Virus record (IMG/VR): IMGVR_UViG_3300035498_000744
Location: 64,001-114,142 of that record
Length of the DNA: 50,142 bases
Source of the DNA: a virus
Direction: 5' to 3' (one strand)
The position numbers and the translations under genes were made by a program. The notes under the pieces were generated by a model that searched no databases, was not told where the DNA came from, and saw only the letters and a list, made by a program, of their open reading frames with translations. The first letter of the stretch is position 1. The number at the start of each line of letters is the position of its first letter. Positions 9,387-22,139 of this stretch are shown here, one piece after another.

Positions 9387-11432
9387 TTATATCCTAGAAA
9401 TTGTGGGCACTGTGCCAGTTGCCCCCGCAAGGCTTGAAAAAGTACCCCATTCAGAAATCTTTTTATCTACTTCCTCTTTAGAATAGACTTCCGCACGTTT
9501 ATCTGTAATTAGCTATTTTAAAGTCGTTTCTAAAGCATTAACATAGGTTACGCTATAAGCTTTATTAGTATCTCCTTCAGCTACAGCTTCATTTTCAATA
9601 AGATTAGAAACACCACCGGTTAGCTAAACTCGACCCCATTCTCCACTAGTCATAGTAGAGTCGCTATACACGTAGAAATACCAATAAGAAATCTCGGTTT
9701 TTTCTACTAAATCTTGATAAGTTACCGCTACTACTCCATCCGCCGCAGGAAGCTCTCCAAGATCAGTTTTAATTTTCTCCCCGACCGAAGCAACCTTATC
9801 CTCAACGTCATTACTAGTATAAGTAAACGAACCTACAATTCTTAAAGAAGAACCAGTAGGGCCTTTAATAGTACCTAAAGCCTCATTCCACGTCTGTCCG
9901 TCCCACTTATAGAACTTGCCTTCTTCGGTATGAATGAAGATATCTCCGGGCTTAAGACTGCTAGTATCTGTGGGAAATACCATACCTATGTTAATATTGC
10001 TTCCTTCAGCAATAGTGAAATCAAAAGCTATAGTATCAGCATCCGCAATCTCTATTTCTACTTTACTATTGTTTCTCTCTTCAGAGCCCAAGAAAGTAGG
10101 AGTATTAACCTTAAACTTAGGTATTTTTGGCAAATTAAATTTCAGCTTCTAACCAAGCTCGTCAACCGCATTATCAAAAGTCTGCTCAACGCTAACTTCT
10201 GCCCGTTTATCGTCTCCTTCTCTTGTTAAATCAAAAGGAGAAAACCATTCTGTTGAGACTTGCGGGAGCGGCGCTCTTAGACAAGCTTTATAGGTAAATT
10301 CAGTTTGACTGCCCGTCGCACTAGTTACAAGATAAATAAAACCAGTTGGCTCGTTAATGTAATAATCACCAGTAGCATAGTTTAACACTTCGCTATCAGT
10401 AAGAATCTTAACGCCATTGCTATCTTTATATTTACTTCCAAGCAGTGAGCCATAGTAAAACCTCACCGCACGAGGCAGAGAAAACACGAGATCAGTATAA
10501 TATTTTTCTATCCCATCTTGAGTTTCATTTGATTCACTCTTGTCAACCTTAGGAGCTTGATCTGGAGCGAGTACAACCTAGGAATCTGCGAGCCTTACTT
10601 CTCTCGTAGAAGGCAAGGTAAAAATCAATGTTGGCTTATTTACATCATACCCAGCTTCTTCTTCTCCAAGAAGCCTAACTTTAGGAGCAGTATTCGGAGC
10701 ATTCTAAATAGCATCAGCAACCTACACTAATTGCGCTTGGGGGATAGAAACCCGCAAAATTGGCTCTTCTATAGAGCCAGTATCGTTGGGATAATCATCG
10801 GTGGGACCAATATCTAGCCTTACTTGCGGGGACTCCCCTGCGTCGAGCTTTGTATCTAGAACAGCCGTCCTAATAACCTAGGATTTCGGCAAACTAAATT
10901 TAAACTCTTTGGTATAGCCATCATTCGCTGCGGTCTCAAGAACTTCTATCGTTGGTGTTTCTCCGACTGCCAATGGAACATATTGCTATTCCCCATTCTT
11001 AAAATCCCAACTATGTGGTAAATTTAGCTAGATTTGAGGATAGTCAACATCGCTATAGTCTACACTAAAGCTAGGAGCTTCATTCGCAGCAATAGCCTAA
11101 GAAGTAAAATTCAACTTGGGAGTATTACCAGTCATAGAAGAAATTAATTCATAGCTCAATCCATTACTTTCAGAACTATGATCCTCATCATAAGCCTTTC
11201 TCCATAATGTAGAGTTATAAGTCTTACCATTATAGGCGGTTAAATCAATCTACCGATTCGCTTCATAACCGCTACCATTAGGCATTCCATATGATACAAC
11301 TACAAATTCTCCAACTTGAATTGGAGATACCCAACCTCGGTCTATATCATTATCTAATTCTACTTTAGTACTAAAGATGGTTTTAATGGAAAAATCCTGC
11401 CCATTTACACCACCGTAAAAACTATCTGCCAT
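9387..11432 (-). CDS. Large tail/baseplate structural protein (about 681 aa; many in-frame TAG)
   Basis: RBS AAGGAGGTG then ATG 11432. ORF-track pieces 11250..11432, 10149..10487 and 9624..10133 share one frame and join through TAG. Ends TAA at 9387-9389. Confidence 0.55.
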
Positions 11433-11446
11433 GGTTAAGCACCTCC

Positions 11447-12022
11447 TTATTCATAAATAAAGTCTATAATAATATTATACAAGTCTGTATAATTGGCATC
11501 TGAATTAATATTATCTTGATCTGGCAAGACATAAACGCCCTAAGTTCCTTGTTTGTATAGAGCTAGAGCTGCTTGATATTTCTCGTTATATTTAGCTTCA
11601 GCAGTATTATAAGCTTCCCAATAAGCCTAATACTCTTCAGAAGTTGTATCGGTAGGCTTAGAAGGTAAGTTATTCATTGCGATTTTCCTCTCTGCCTCAG
11701 CCTTCTCAAATCCGGCCATACCCTCAGCTATTAATCTCTATTCTTCATCTATATCTCTAGTATATTTCCTTGGTCTATCAAAATACATACTAGTTATAAC
11801 TATATCTTCATCGAGCTCGTATATTCCAGTCCTACCAACCATGATAGTCTTAGAATCATTTAATATAACCTTAGTTCCTGGCGGAGCTTGTATACCTAAC
11901 TTGTTTAGCTAGGTAGCTCCAATCGCTGTAACTATATCATTGTATATGTTTGTCCCGCTAGAAATATACTATCCACTAGCGGTATCTAATACGTTATAAT
12001 ATACTTGGCCAACATTAGCCAT
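11447..12022 (-). CDS. Tail-associated protein (191 aa; 5 in-frame TAG)
   Basis: RBS AAGGAGGT then ATG 12022. Hand translation is coherent; ends TAA. Confidence 0.45.
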
Positions 12023-12039
12023 ATCTCTCCCTTACCTCC

Positions 12040-15000
12040 TTATACTCGTGTTAAAACCTCTGTAGCAGTAATGCTCATCGTCCCATTATAAGCAAGAGGC
12101 AAAGAGAATTGAGTAATCTAGTAATTACCATTAATTCCGCTTTCTCTATCCTCTATATGAATGACATTGTTCGGCTCCATATAGTATTTAGGTAGACAAG
12201 TAATCGAGATAGAAGTATTATAACTCAAGTTCTAATACATCATTTCTCTTATTCTATCGAAACAGCTTATTCCAGTTGAGCTAATTGAGAATAAGCTATA
12301 TAATTGCGGGGTCCACACGAAATATTGTTGCCCAGTAGCTTGACATTGAGCAATTAAATCTTTAGCTTTAGAATTATTCTCAATAAACACTATGTCTGGG
12401 ACTTCCTTATTATATAAGGAATTTATGTCAGAACTATTAATTACTTTAGTCCTTCTGCCTATCTGGCTCACGGAATATTTTCCTATTGCCGATCCAGTGT
12501 CAATAAAATCTAGCCAATAGTTTAATTTTTCTGGGTTCTCAAAAACATCCGGGTTCCAATACCTTGTAGTCTTCCATTTCTCTTTAGTCGGGTCGTATAA
12601 GCCTCGCCATTCCGCAATCAATTCAGCATCATAATAGTTATCATAAACATTATTAGTAGCTTGTTCTCTTCTCTATAATTCTTCTTGCCATTCTTCAATT
12701 AATTTAGAATCGTGCTCATCTTCGCAAATACTACTAGCCACTTGCGCAATTAGCGCTTTACGATACAACTCTTCTCGCCATTCGTCGCATGGACTCCCGA
12801 CTAAAGTCGCTTCATACCCATCGACCGCATATCCGCTAGCTATATCATTAAAATCATATCTAATTATTAAATTAGCTTCTTTACTCTTGATTTCCCACAT
12901 ATAATAGCTAGCATAGTCAATCGGCGGTTTCTTGTCAATAGCAAGATGATAGCGAATACTCACTTTAGCTCCAGAAGAAGTTTCTCGCTCTCCCCAAACA
13001 TAGAAGTCATTCTTAATATTAGAATAATTTGGAGACCTAGTGATTGCGGTAATAGTATCAAGATCAGTAAGCGAATATTGAAACTTTTTTGCGCTATTAT
13101 AATCTTTGATATAATCCTCTGCGGATAGGTCATTTAGGGGATTCCCGCTATTTAAATAATTTTTTATCTCTTGGAAAACAAAGCGACCATCTAGATCATA
13201 AAAATATTCATAATTTCCCAGCGTTTCTACTATTTTATCTAAGAGAGTTGTAACCGTGTCTCCCGCCTCTAGAATTAATTCGCTAGGATAAGTAAAATCA
13301 GTTTCTTCATACCCTACATCTTCTCCATAAGAATAATTATACGGAAAATCATCACTTGCAGAAAAACTAACTCCAGAATAATCGCTGCTAAAATAGATTG
13401 GAGAATCTCCTAGGTACTTCACAAGCATTTTCACTGTATCATCTATGTCACTAATAATTATGTTATTAACGGGCTCTCCACCCCAATGGTTAACCGCTTC
13501 AAAGATAATTTCATAGATCGTAGGATAGTAGATTTCTATATCTCCATTATCTAGATAAACATATTTCTCATGAAAGGTTGTAGAAGCGGGAAGCGTGCCT
13601 CCCGCAGTTCCATCAAGCAAACACATCTTGTCTTTCCCTGTAACCGAAATATTCCATCCACTAGTAGAGCGAGATATATTGGCTGTAGAAATTACAAACA
13701 AGCCGCATGGAAACCAAATAATGTCTCCATAAGAAGAATAAGACTTGAATGGATTCTTGTATCCTATTGATACTTTTATCTTTTTATTTGCTGAGATTTC
13801 GTTATCTATATCTTCAATATTACTAGTATCATAAGAAGCCAGCATTGAAAAACTAATAGTTCTCCTTACACTAGAAGAACCATTAACGCTTAAATTACCG
13901 CTTGTTATATTGCCCTATATCTCTTTAATTGGCTTCTCATCAAAAGTAAGAAGAGTTATTTTAATATATTGCGTGCGGAGATTGAGCTTGTCAAGTTTAG
14001 CAAGGAAGGTTGTATCATTCAAATATTCAAACATTTTTTACACTCCTTGCTACTTCATTGTCTTCTAGGTGGTTAGACATTTGTAATTAATTACGCAAAA
14101 ACTCGGTGCAGCTAATGCTATATATTTAACATTGCCATCTAGATCGCTTAAGGTATATCTTCCTGTCGGTCCAATCCTGATTGTAGTTATATTATTTTCA
14201 TTCCTACCAATATTAAGGATAGTACCTTCATCTGCTTCAATATCAAAGTAAGTTACATGGCTAAATTCATAATATCTAGTTCCGTCAAATAGCTCACCAT
14301 CAACTTCTTCAAATCTTGTATCATATATAAACTCAACTTGTTTTTGAGTCTCTTCTTTGATAATATCATAAATATTAACTGTCTTATATAGGTTAAAATT
14401 AGTATTATCTACAAGAATATCTCCCTGACTATCATATTTAATAGAAGTAGTTCTAGTTGAATTGCTATAAATTCTGTATGTCTCGCTATTCGCATAGTTA
14501 TAATTATAGCTTTTCAAAACTTCATCTGTACCAGTAAATATCCCAGAAATTTGTCCCCAAATTCTAGATGTATCTATCGCAGAAACAACTAAAACAGAAG
14601 TATCAATAATCTAATTGAGCTAACAAGTATAACTAATAACAAGAGGTTGAATAGAAGAAATTAACTTCAAGGAATCAATATCATATTTCAAGCTATAGAT
14701 TTTACCAGGGGGGATGGTAATTGTTTTACCATTGACTTCAAGTTTTACAGTTCCAACTAACGGACCTTCAAGAGCTTTTTCTAAGTCTTTATACGCCTAG
14801 TATTGTTGGTCATACTCAGAATAATCTTCTCCATTGTCTATAGCCTCATTCTTCTAAGCCATTAATTCTAGCTTCTTCGCGGTTAAATCTATTTCTGGAT
14901 AAGTCTATACGTTTATAGAAGTAATCTTTAAGAGGTTATATTTATAACCTCCACCTATACTTACTTCCTCTTGCTTCTTGATTATATCATAAAGATTTTC

Positions 15001-16725
15001 TCCAGCAGCATACAAGCCACTAATTTGTCCAAAGGAGCGAACTTTCTCGTCGTTACTAAGATACTCAAATCCTCCAATGTCGATAATACCAAACTCATTT
15101 AAGTTTTCAAGAGTATTTTCCAGAACCTCATAAGCAGTAGCAGAAAAAGAAAATATCATGCGTCCAAGCTCTGTTTTAGGCGTTAATGATACATTATGTA
15201 AAACTACTATTATATTGCCTTCGGTGGGAGATTTATATAGCTTATAATCAAAATTATTCAAGAACTCTTCGACTTTTTCCCTAAAACGTCGTTCCATGTA
15301 TACATTATCTGGAGTTATATTAGTATTAAGTTCTTGATCCTCATCATATTTATCGGAAGAAATAACATTCTCTCCATCATACCAATAACCATTGCTGTTC
15401 AAAGAAAAGAAAGTCTAATCACTATCCATATGCAAGCTAATAGTTCCACTAATAGGAAATTCTGCATAATATGCTTGGCCATTTCGAACTAAACTTGGAT
15501 ATTTACCGCCAAGGGTGTCTTGCTTTGTAGTCAAAGTGGTATGCTTAAAACTACTTAGCTATTGGTCAAACTGCATTCTTAATTGCACGTCATCATGATA
15601 TAAGAAAGAATACTCAAAATCGACAGATCTAGCAAGCTTTTCGGTTTCATATAAAGGCGATGTCCGCAATCCCTCAGAATTTTCTTGCTAAATGGCATAC
15701 TTATATTTAACTCCGCTTTCAATAATAAAATCTTGAAAGATAAGTGTGTTATTAAAGTCTTGCTTATTGAATAGTAAGTATTTCAAATCTTCCCATATAG
15801 TAAAGTCTGTATATTCAGAAGCTCTAGAAATAACAAGATTGCCGCTGAAGGTTTCATCCGCAGTTAAGTATAAATTAATGCAACCATTTTCTGCATTATA
15901 AGGTAAGCTATCAACAGCAAAGAAAGATACTCCATCTAGCGTAAACAAATAGCTCTATGTAGCCATAAAGGTATAAGAGTTTGCGGAAGCCTCATATCCA
16001 TTTATTGTCTAGATATAGTATTCTACAGTATAGGTAGCGTTATTAATAAGAGCATACTAAAATCTATATGTATCAGTGGTCTCAACAGAACTATTATGCT
16101 ACAACCATCCAGTATCTTGGAGGACTTCCATTTCTTCGTCATATAAGATAAATCTATACTTATCTTCTGCTTCATTGTTTTGTTCTTCAATAGTACAAGA
16201 ACCAGTAAAAGTAGGAGTAAGAGAAGATTCTGTACGCTTCTTTGAGATAACATCTTGCTTAGCTTTTTCTGCGTTCTTTATATAAACAGTTGGCTTACTA
16301 ATAGCCTTAATGACCATAACAGTGGACCATTCAGAAAAAGCGCTGTTATCTATCTATTCTTTCTTCCAAGCAGCAAACTTTTCTACACTAGTATATTTAG
16401 CATTTGTACCGAAGCGTACCTAAATCTTATATAAATACCCAGGCTACCAAGTTTCGCTTAAATCACTTGAAAGAATTGCTACTCCGTAAGTCGTGCCGGT
16501 TATAGGCGCCGCAGGAGTATCTTTGTAAATAATACCATCTGGATATAAAGATGTATTTACAATGCTCTTATTATTAGACTATCTTACTACCCTAATCTAT
16601 ACATGGCCTATATCCTTAAGAGAAGTTATTTGCTACAAGGCAAAATAAACCATGTAACTATTTGTATCATATAGAAAAGCGGCTTGAGTGCTCTACAGGG
16701 TAGGAGGATAAAGACTAATGGGCAT
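12040..16725 (-). CDS. Giant tail-tip/baseplate structural protein (about 1561 aa)
   Basis: RBS AAAGGAGGTG then ATG 16725. The seven ORF-track pieces between 12232 and 16317 (e.g. 16099..16317, 12673..13845) all share one frame and are separated by TAG where checked. Ends TAA at 12040-12042, inside the next RBS. Not every codon was verified. Confidence 0.5.
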
Positions 16726-16794
16726 ATTAACCGCACCTCCTTTTTCTCTATAAATATTTTGAAAAAATAGCTTTATTAACTAACCATTATCGCC

Positions 16795-16830
16795 CAAAAG
16801 GAAATAGGGGAAGAATTACTCTTCCCCTAG
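16795..16830 (-). terminator. Hairpin terminator after a small gene
   Basis: AGGGGAAGAATTACTCTTCCCCT followed on the minus strand by a T-rich run. Confidence 0.45.
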
Positions 16831-17178
16831 AATGATAGGATATATAGCTTCTAGATCTTTTAGCGAGAAATTTAGACTCTCTAAGCTACTGGCTTTTACC
16901 TTGACTAATTCAATTGGATTCTCCATATCTAAAAGTTCAGTAATTTCATTATTAGCTTCTTTTATCTTATCTTGCGGGACTACAATCTCGCCATTTTCTT
17001 CTGCCCCATAAGCCAAGAAAATCTTCTACCTAACTTCGTCAAAATCTTTAATTACTGGCTCAAGCATTTTTATATTTCGAGTAATTGCATAGGCTATCTA
17101 GAAAGGTAACGCATCAGACCTCGAATCCCGCAGTCCCACTAATGCCTAATATATTTCAATCGCTTCTCTTGTTTGCAC
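16816..17178 (-). CDS. Hypothetical protein (120 aa; 3 in-frame TAG)
   Basis: RBS TAAGGAGGT then a GTG start. Ends TAA. Confidence 0.45.
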
Positions 17179-17190
17179 TTTTAAACCTCC

Positions 17191-18027
17191 TTAATAAATG
17201 CTATTGAGCAAATTCATTAGCCCTACATATTCTTTCCATGTTATATCTGTATCATTGGCGGTCACTTTGTAGCTATTAAAATCAGAAACTGAAAACTCAC
17301 TATTATCAGCCATGTCTGCTAATGCAGCAACTACTTTATTAACATGATCAGCTTCTATATAATCGCCTGATTTTACAATCGTAAAACTATAGTCGGATAA
17401 CCCGCAATATTCTCTAAATTCGTTTATTCTATCGCAAAAATTATTCCATTCAAGAGCAGTAAGAGTAATTTCATGCTCGCTTGACATCTCATCCAAAGTG
17501 TCCCATTCCCAATCCTCTGGTCTATTTGTAGTTTCACAAGTAATCCCTTCGTCCATAAAGGGACCCAACTTTTCGGCTTCGTAGTTTGTAGCATTGACTC
17601 CACAATAATTCACCACATAAGCTGTTCCTGGCTCTAGCCCAGTAATGGTATAATTTCTAACTCTGGCATAGGATAAACAATTAGATAAAGCAGAATAATC
17701 ACTAGGTATATAAGTCGCCGTAGACTCAGAACTTTTTCTATAAGCTATGATATATCTAGTAGCTTTACTAATAGAAGCACAAGAAATGGTAATAAAATCT
17801 CTCCCGCAATTAGTTACTTCTATTTCTCCCGATTCTGTAACCCTATTTTTATAAGGGTCTTCTTCTTCCTTCTCTCCACTAGAAGAGCTTTCTCCAGAAC
17901 TACTCCCGCCACTAGAAGAAGAATTTCCTCCACTAGAGCTAGAACCAGGTTTTGTTATGCTACCACCAGATCCTGATGTGCCACTATCATCAGCAAGAGC
18001 AAAAAACCATAAATCAAATAAAGACAT
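17191..18027 (-). CDS. Structural protein with a long Gly/Ser-rich linker
   Basis: Complete ORF-track gene, RBS GTGAGGTAA then ATG, TAA stop. Confidence 0.55.
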   Translation of the reverse strand: MSLFDLWFFALADDSGTSGSGGSITKPGSSSSGGNSSSSGGSSSGESSSSGEKEEEDPYKNRVTESGEIEVTNCGRDFITISCASISKATRYIIAYRKSSESTATYIPSDYSALSNCLSYARVRNYTITGLEPGTAYVVNYCGVNATNYEAEKLGPFMDEGITCETTNRPEDWEWDTLDEMSSEHEITLTALEWNNFCDRINEFREYCGLSDYSFTIVKSGDYIEADHVNKVVAALADMADNSEFSVSDFNSYKVTANDTDITWKEYVGLMNLLNSIY

Positions 18028-18035
18028 ACTTTACC

Positions 18036-21000
18036 TCACTTATACTTTGCATAAATACCAGTTATATTATTGCAATTGTCAAATGATACTGTATTAGCTG
18101 AAAAGGTAATCGTTCCTCTAGAATTAATATTCCATCTTCCATTGCTATAAACGCCTGCTGTCAAACCAATTACCGGTTCATCACTTGTGCCTTGCCCATC
18201 CGCAGAAATATAGACGGAACCTCCTCGCCCCCTAACAGCAATTTCCGCGTTCTTAGACTCTAGCACAATTTTGCCTCCGCTATTCTAACTAGTAATTAAT
18301 CCAATATTATCTCCACTGTAATAACTTGTTGTCTAGCAAAGATTCAACGTACTTCCTATCTTTATCCCCTAAGTACTTGATAAAGAAATATTATTTGCAG
18401 ATAATCCATTGCTGTTTATAGTCCAGCCACCAATTTCTCCCTCATCGGCATAAATAGTTCCCCTAATTTCAGCTCCTTCGCAACTCATCTTACCAGAGCT
18501 ATCAATCCAAAAATAGGTTCCACTAGAAAAACTAGGATTAGTATTTTCCGTTTCATTTCCGGTTAAACTATCTGCATTAACCCAAATCCTGTAGCCATTA
18601 GCACCAGAACTGGCAAGGCCAATTTTACCATTACTAGATGTGAGCCTATTGCTAAGAATTTTCCAACCGCCAATGGTTCCTTCTTTTGCAGTGAGTGCGC
18701 CAGTCTTAGTTACTAGAAATTTAGCACTAGAGCTGATAGAGCCACCAATCTAAATAGCGTAGGTATCACTGGAATTACTATTTAATTCTACATAATTCAA
18801 TCCACTACCACTGAATATCTTTCCAGTCTATATACTCCATCCGCCAGAACGACCTGTTCCGCCAATCTGTCCTTCCGTAGCATAAATTGTGCCTTGAATA
18901 TCGGCCCCAGTAGCCTTTAATTTCCCATCGTATGTTACATAGAAATTTTCCTCATTATTTGAAGATTCGGAATCCTATGAGTAGCCAACTCCTATGGCCT
19001 TAACATCACCAGCAACAGCCTTATCAGACAATCTTATATACATTCCATTTGGAGCTGACTATATAGTTCCATTACTTTTTACAGTAACATCTCCACCATG
19101 GATAACTCCACTAGTCCCATCTATAGTAATCTAGCCACCGCCACTTTTAGCTCCAAAATATGCCTTGCCGTCCTACATTAAGCCAAAAGTATTGACACCA
19201 TTCTGATATCCATATAGTCCTATTTTTTCTTGTCCGCTATCTTTGCCCATAACTACGCCGGTAAAACGATTATAGCTATCTTTTTCTCCAGCGCCAATCT
19301 AAGGAGCAAGTAATCCAGTCTGATAATAATATGTATCGGCTTTATAAGTGCTACTATTCAAAGCTATTTGAGTATAATATCCATTATCATCACGAGAATA
19401 ATAGACACGACCCTTGATAAAAGATCCCGAATCATCGAGTTTATAAATACCAGAAACCTAAGTGCCGTCCCATCCATTTATAGCTTCATTCCCATAAGCA
19501 TCGAGATACATAACAATAGGATGTAAAATATATTGAGAATCCGTGCACTTAAGTTGAAGGATTCCTATATTGCTATCATTACTGCTTGTATTTTCGTATA
19601 TAAAGGAATTTGCAGGCTTAAGATAAAAGAGATTCCCATCTTGCTCTATATTAAGAATGGAGGTATTTAAGGAAAGTATCGTGCTATTGCTAGATATATC
19701 TTTACTATTATATAAGAAAGTAATATTATTACTATAGAATGAAGGATTTAGCCCAGAAGTTGTATATTTAATATAACTAGGTATGCTAGAAATATCTACT
19801 TTAGAATAATCAATTCCTCCTACAGCAACATCAATAGGATAAAAAGCATAAATATAGGTTTTCTTATTGTCTGCTTTGTCAGTAATAGTGACCTAAACCT
19901 TAACGAAGAACTCAAGATTTGCGGAAGTCGACTCAGAGTTTATTGTACCTTGTCCTTTAACTACTACCTAATTAGTATCCTTCGCTGACAAAGTAACGTT
20001 GGCCTCTTCCCATTTATACGTTAAGCTGTAGCTACTATTGTTGTTTAATAGCTCGCCATTTCTATAAACATAGCATTTTAAAGAAAGAGAATTTTTCCAT
20101 CCATTATTATAGATTAAAGGATGCAACCCGCTTAGTTTATTGCCATCGCTATCACATGGTCTAATGGCTGTTATATAGGTAGTTCCATTAGTTCCTTGGT
20201 CTCCGTCTTTAAGGAATAATATCTCCTTGTCAAAAGTATAAATCTATTCATCTATAGTTACTATTCTTACTTTTAAAGTATTATTGTTGGAGTTAATGTT
20301 GTATTTCTATTTAATAGTATAATGTAAAATATTGGTATTGTCAACCCAAAGATTTTCAAACATGGAATTTGGGGGCTAGAGTTTCGTTCCCGTAGAAATC
20401 TTCTCTCCATCTGGGCTCAGCCATTCTATCTTATAAGAATTTCCAGTACCTTCTTTCCAAGTCAGTACAACTGATAATGTACGCTCTTTTTCCGAATCTT
20501 CAAAGGTGACGTCTCCATTAGCATCATATCTAAAATTATCTTCTCCGTCATAAGAAATATATAAATCTTCCTCTGATTTACTATTAACAATAGTCTACTC
20601 TAACGTTCCTATTATTGTTGTTCTATCATAGCCATAAACCGCACAGTAAAACGTCACGCTACTATATAAAAGATAATTGTTTACTTTAATAGAGCTCTAC
20701 TTTTTACCGTTCGTAACTTCAAGATAACTTCCGTCTGGGTAAGATAAATACCAATCTCCGAACAAAGACACATCATTTTTATTATTAATTAACTACAGCT
20801 TAATAGTATCTCCAGATGTAATTTGCTATATTTCATAATCATAGGAACTATTAAGGTTGTATACCGTAATCTCAGCACTTAAAGTAGTAGTTTCTTTGTA
20901 GGTTACTACAAGTTTATATCTGCTCTCGTGAAAAATATCATTGCTATCAAGAGTAAGAAGATTAAATTCTTGATTATTGGTTTTCTCTACTGCTTTCCAG

Positions 21001-22085
21001 CCGAATCCAGCTTCTTTGTCGTAGGCATCCGAACCTATCATTACGCTAAGATCTCTCTTAAACCATTTACACTCGCAATTGGTAGAATCCATAATAGATT
21101 CACCTTGATAGATAAGCTAACCTCTTAAATCAATAGAAGAGACAGAGGAAGTAATAGAGTTGCCTTTAGGCGCCTAAATATTAAGATAATAAAGATTCTC
21201 AGTCAGGTCTTTTTCTTCCACATAACACACTTCAACATTTTTTACAAAGATATTTGGCTCAGTAGTATTTTGCTTATTGGTTTCTGAGCCATTCACTACA
21301 TACTTGTCATACTCGAAATTCTCTTCAAATAGCTTGATAGATTTTAACCCAAGCAGATAGTTAGTTTGAGCTTTAAGAATTACGGATTGCGGAGTGTAGA
21401 CTGTAAACTGATAAGGAGCTCCATTAAATGAACTTAAATCAAGTTTGAAAGAGACTACCTTATCCTCGTTAGTATAAAACTCTATCTCTATACCATAATT
21501 ACCTTTGGTATGCTCAGATTGCAAAGTCGTTAAAAAAGACCCTTTAATCTAGATTAATTCATAGTTATTTGCATATTGCTGAAATTGTCCATGATATTGA
21601 GTTGAAGAATATTTATCTGCCCCTTTATAAATATATACTTGACTTGCGGAAGTCCCTGCTTCAGCGCCCGCTACCACTCCATATACAGCGCTCTCAGTCT
21701 CGCTTCCCGCAACTATATTACCTTTATTATAAATGTAGAATTTATCAAACGTGGGGCTTACTTCATTAATCGACTGTTGTAAAGCCTATATCTAACTATA
21801 TGATAACGACTATTCAGAAACTAAACTTAAAATAACTTTTTTGTTTGAGAAATTCCCCTCGGGCACGGTCACGTAGACGCTGTCCCCTATAGAATACTAT
21901 TTAGAGATATCACTGCTGTAAACAGAGAAAATATTCCCTGAATATTTTACTTTATATTCTCCAGTATCAAGATTTTCAATACTATATATCTAGGCTTTGA
22001 TAGTTTTATCATAGTTTAACTTTGAAATTTTCTCGTCTGTGACTATATCAATCGCAGATAAAAGTTGCTCAGATACGTTATTCAT
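18036..22085 (-). CDS. Distal-tail (Dit)-like N-terminus continuous with a tail-associated fibre-like protein: either one ORF of about 1349 aa or two same-frame genes
   Basis: RBS AGAAAGGAG then ATG 22085. Codon-checked 22085 to 21522 and 18450 to 18036; only TAG interrupts. ORF-track pieces 21174..21524, 20826..21092 and 18036..18266 are in the same frame. Ends TGA. The 18450–20826 stretch was not fully verified. Confidence 0.5.
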
Positions 22086-22107
22086 AATAACTCCTTTCTC
22101 TCTTTTA

Positions 22108-22135
22108 AGAAGAAGAGGGGAGGAAGTCTCCCCTC
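22108..22135 (-). terminator. Hairpin between the tape-measure stop and the next RBS (attenuator-like)
   Basis: AGAGGGGAGACTTCCTCCCCTCT. Confidence 0.35.
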
Positions 22136-22139
22136 TTAG

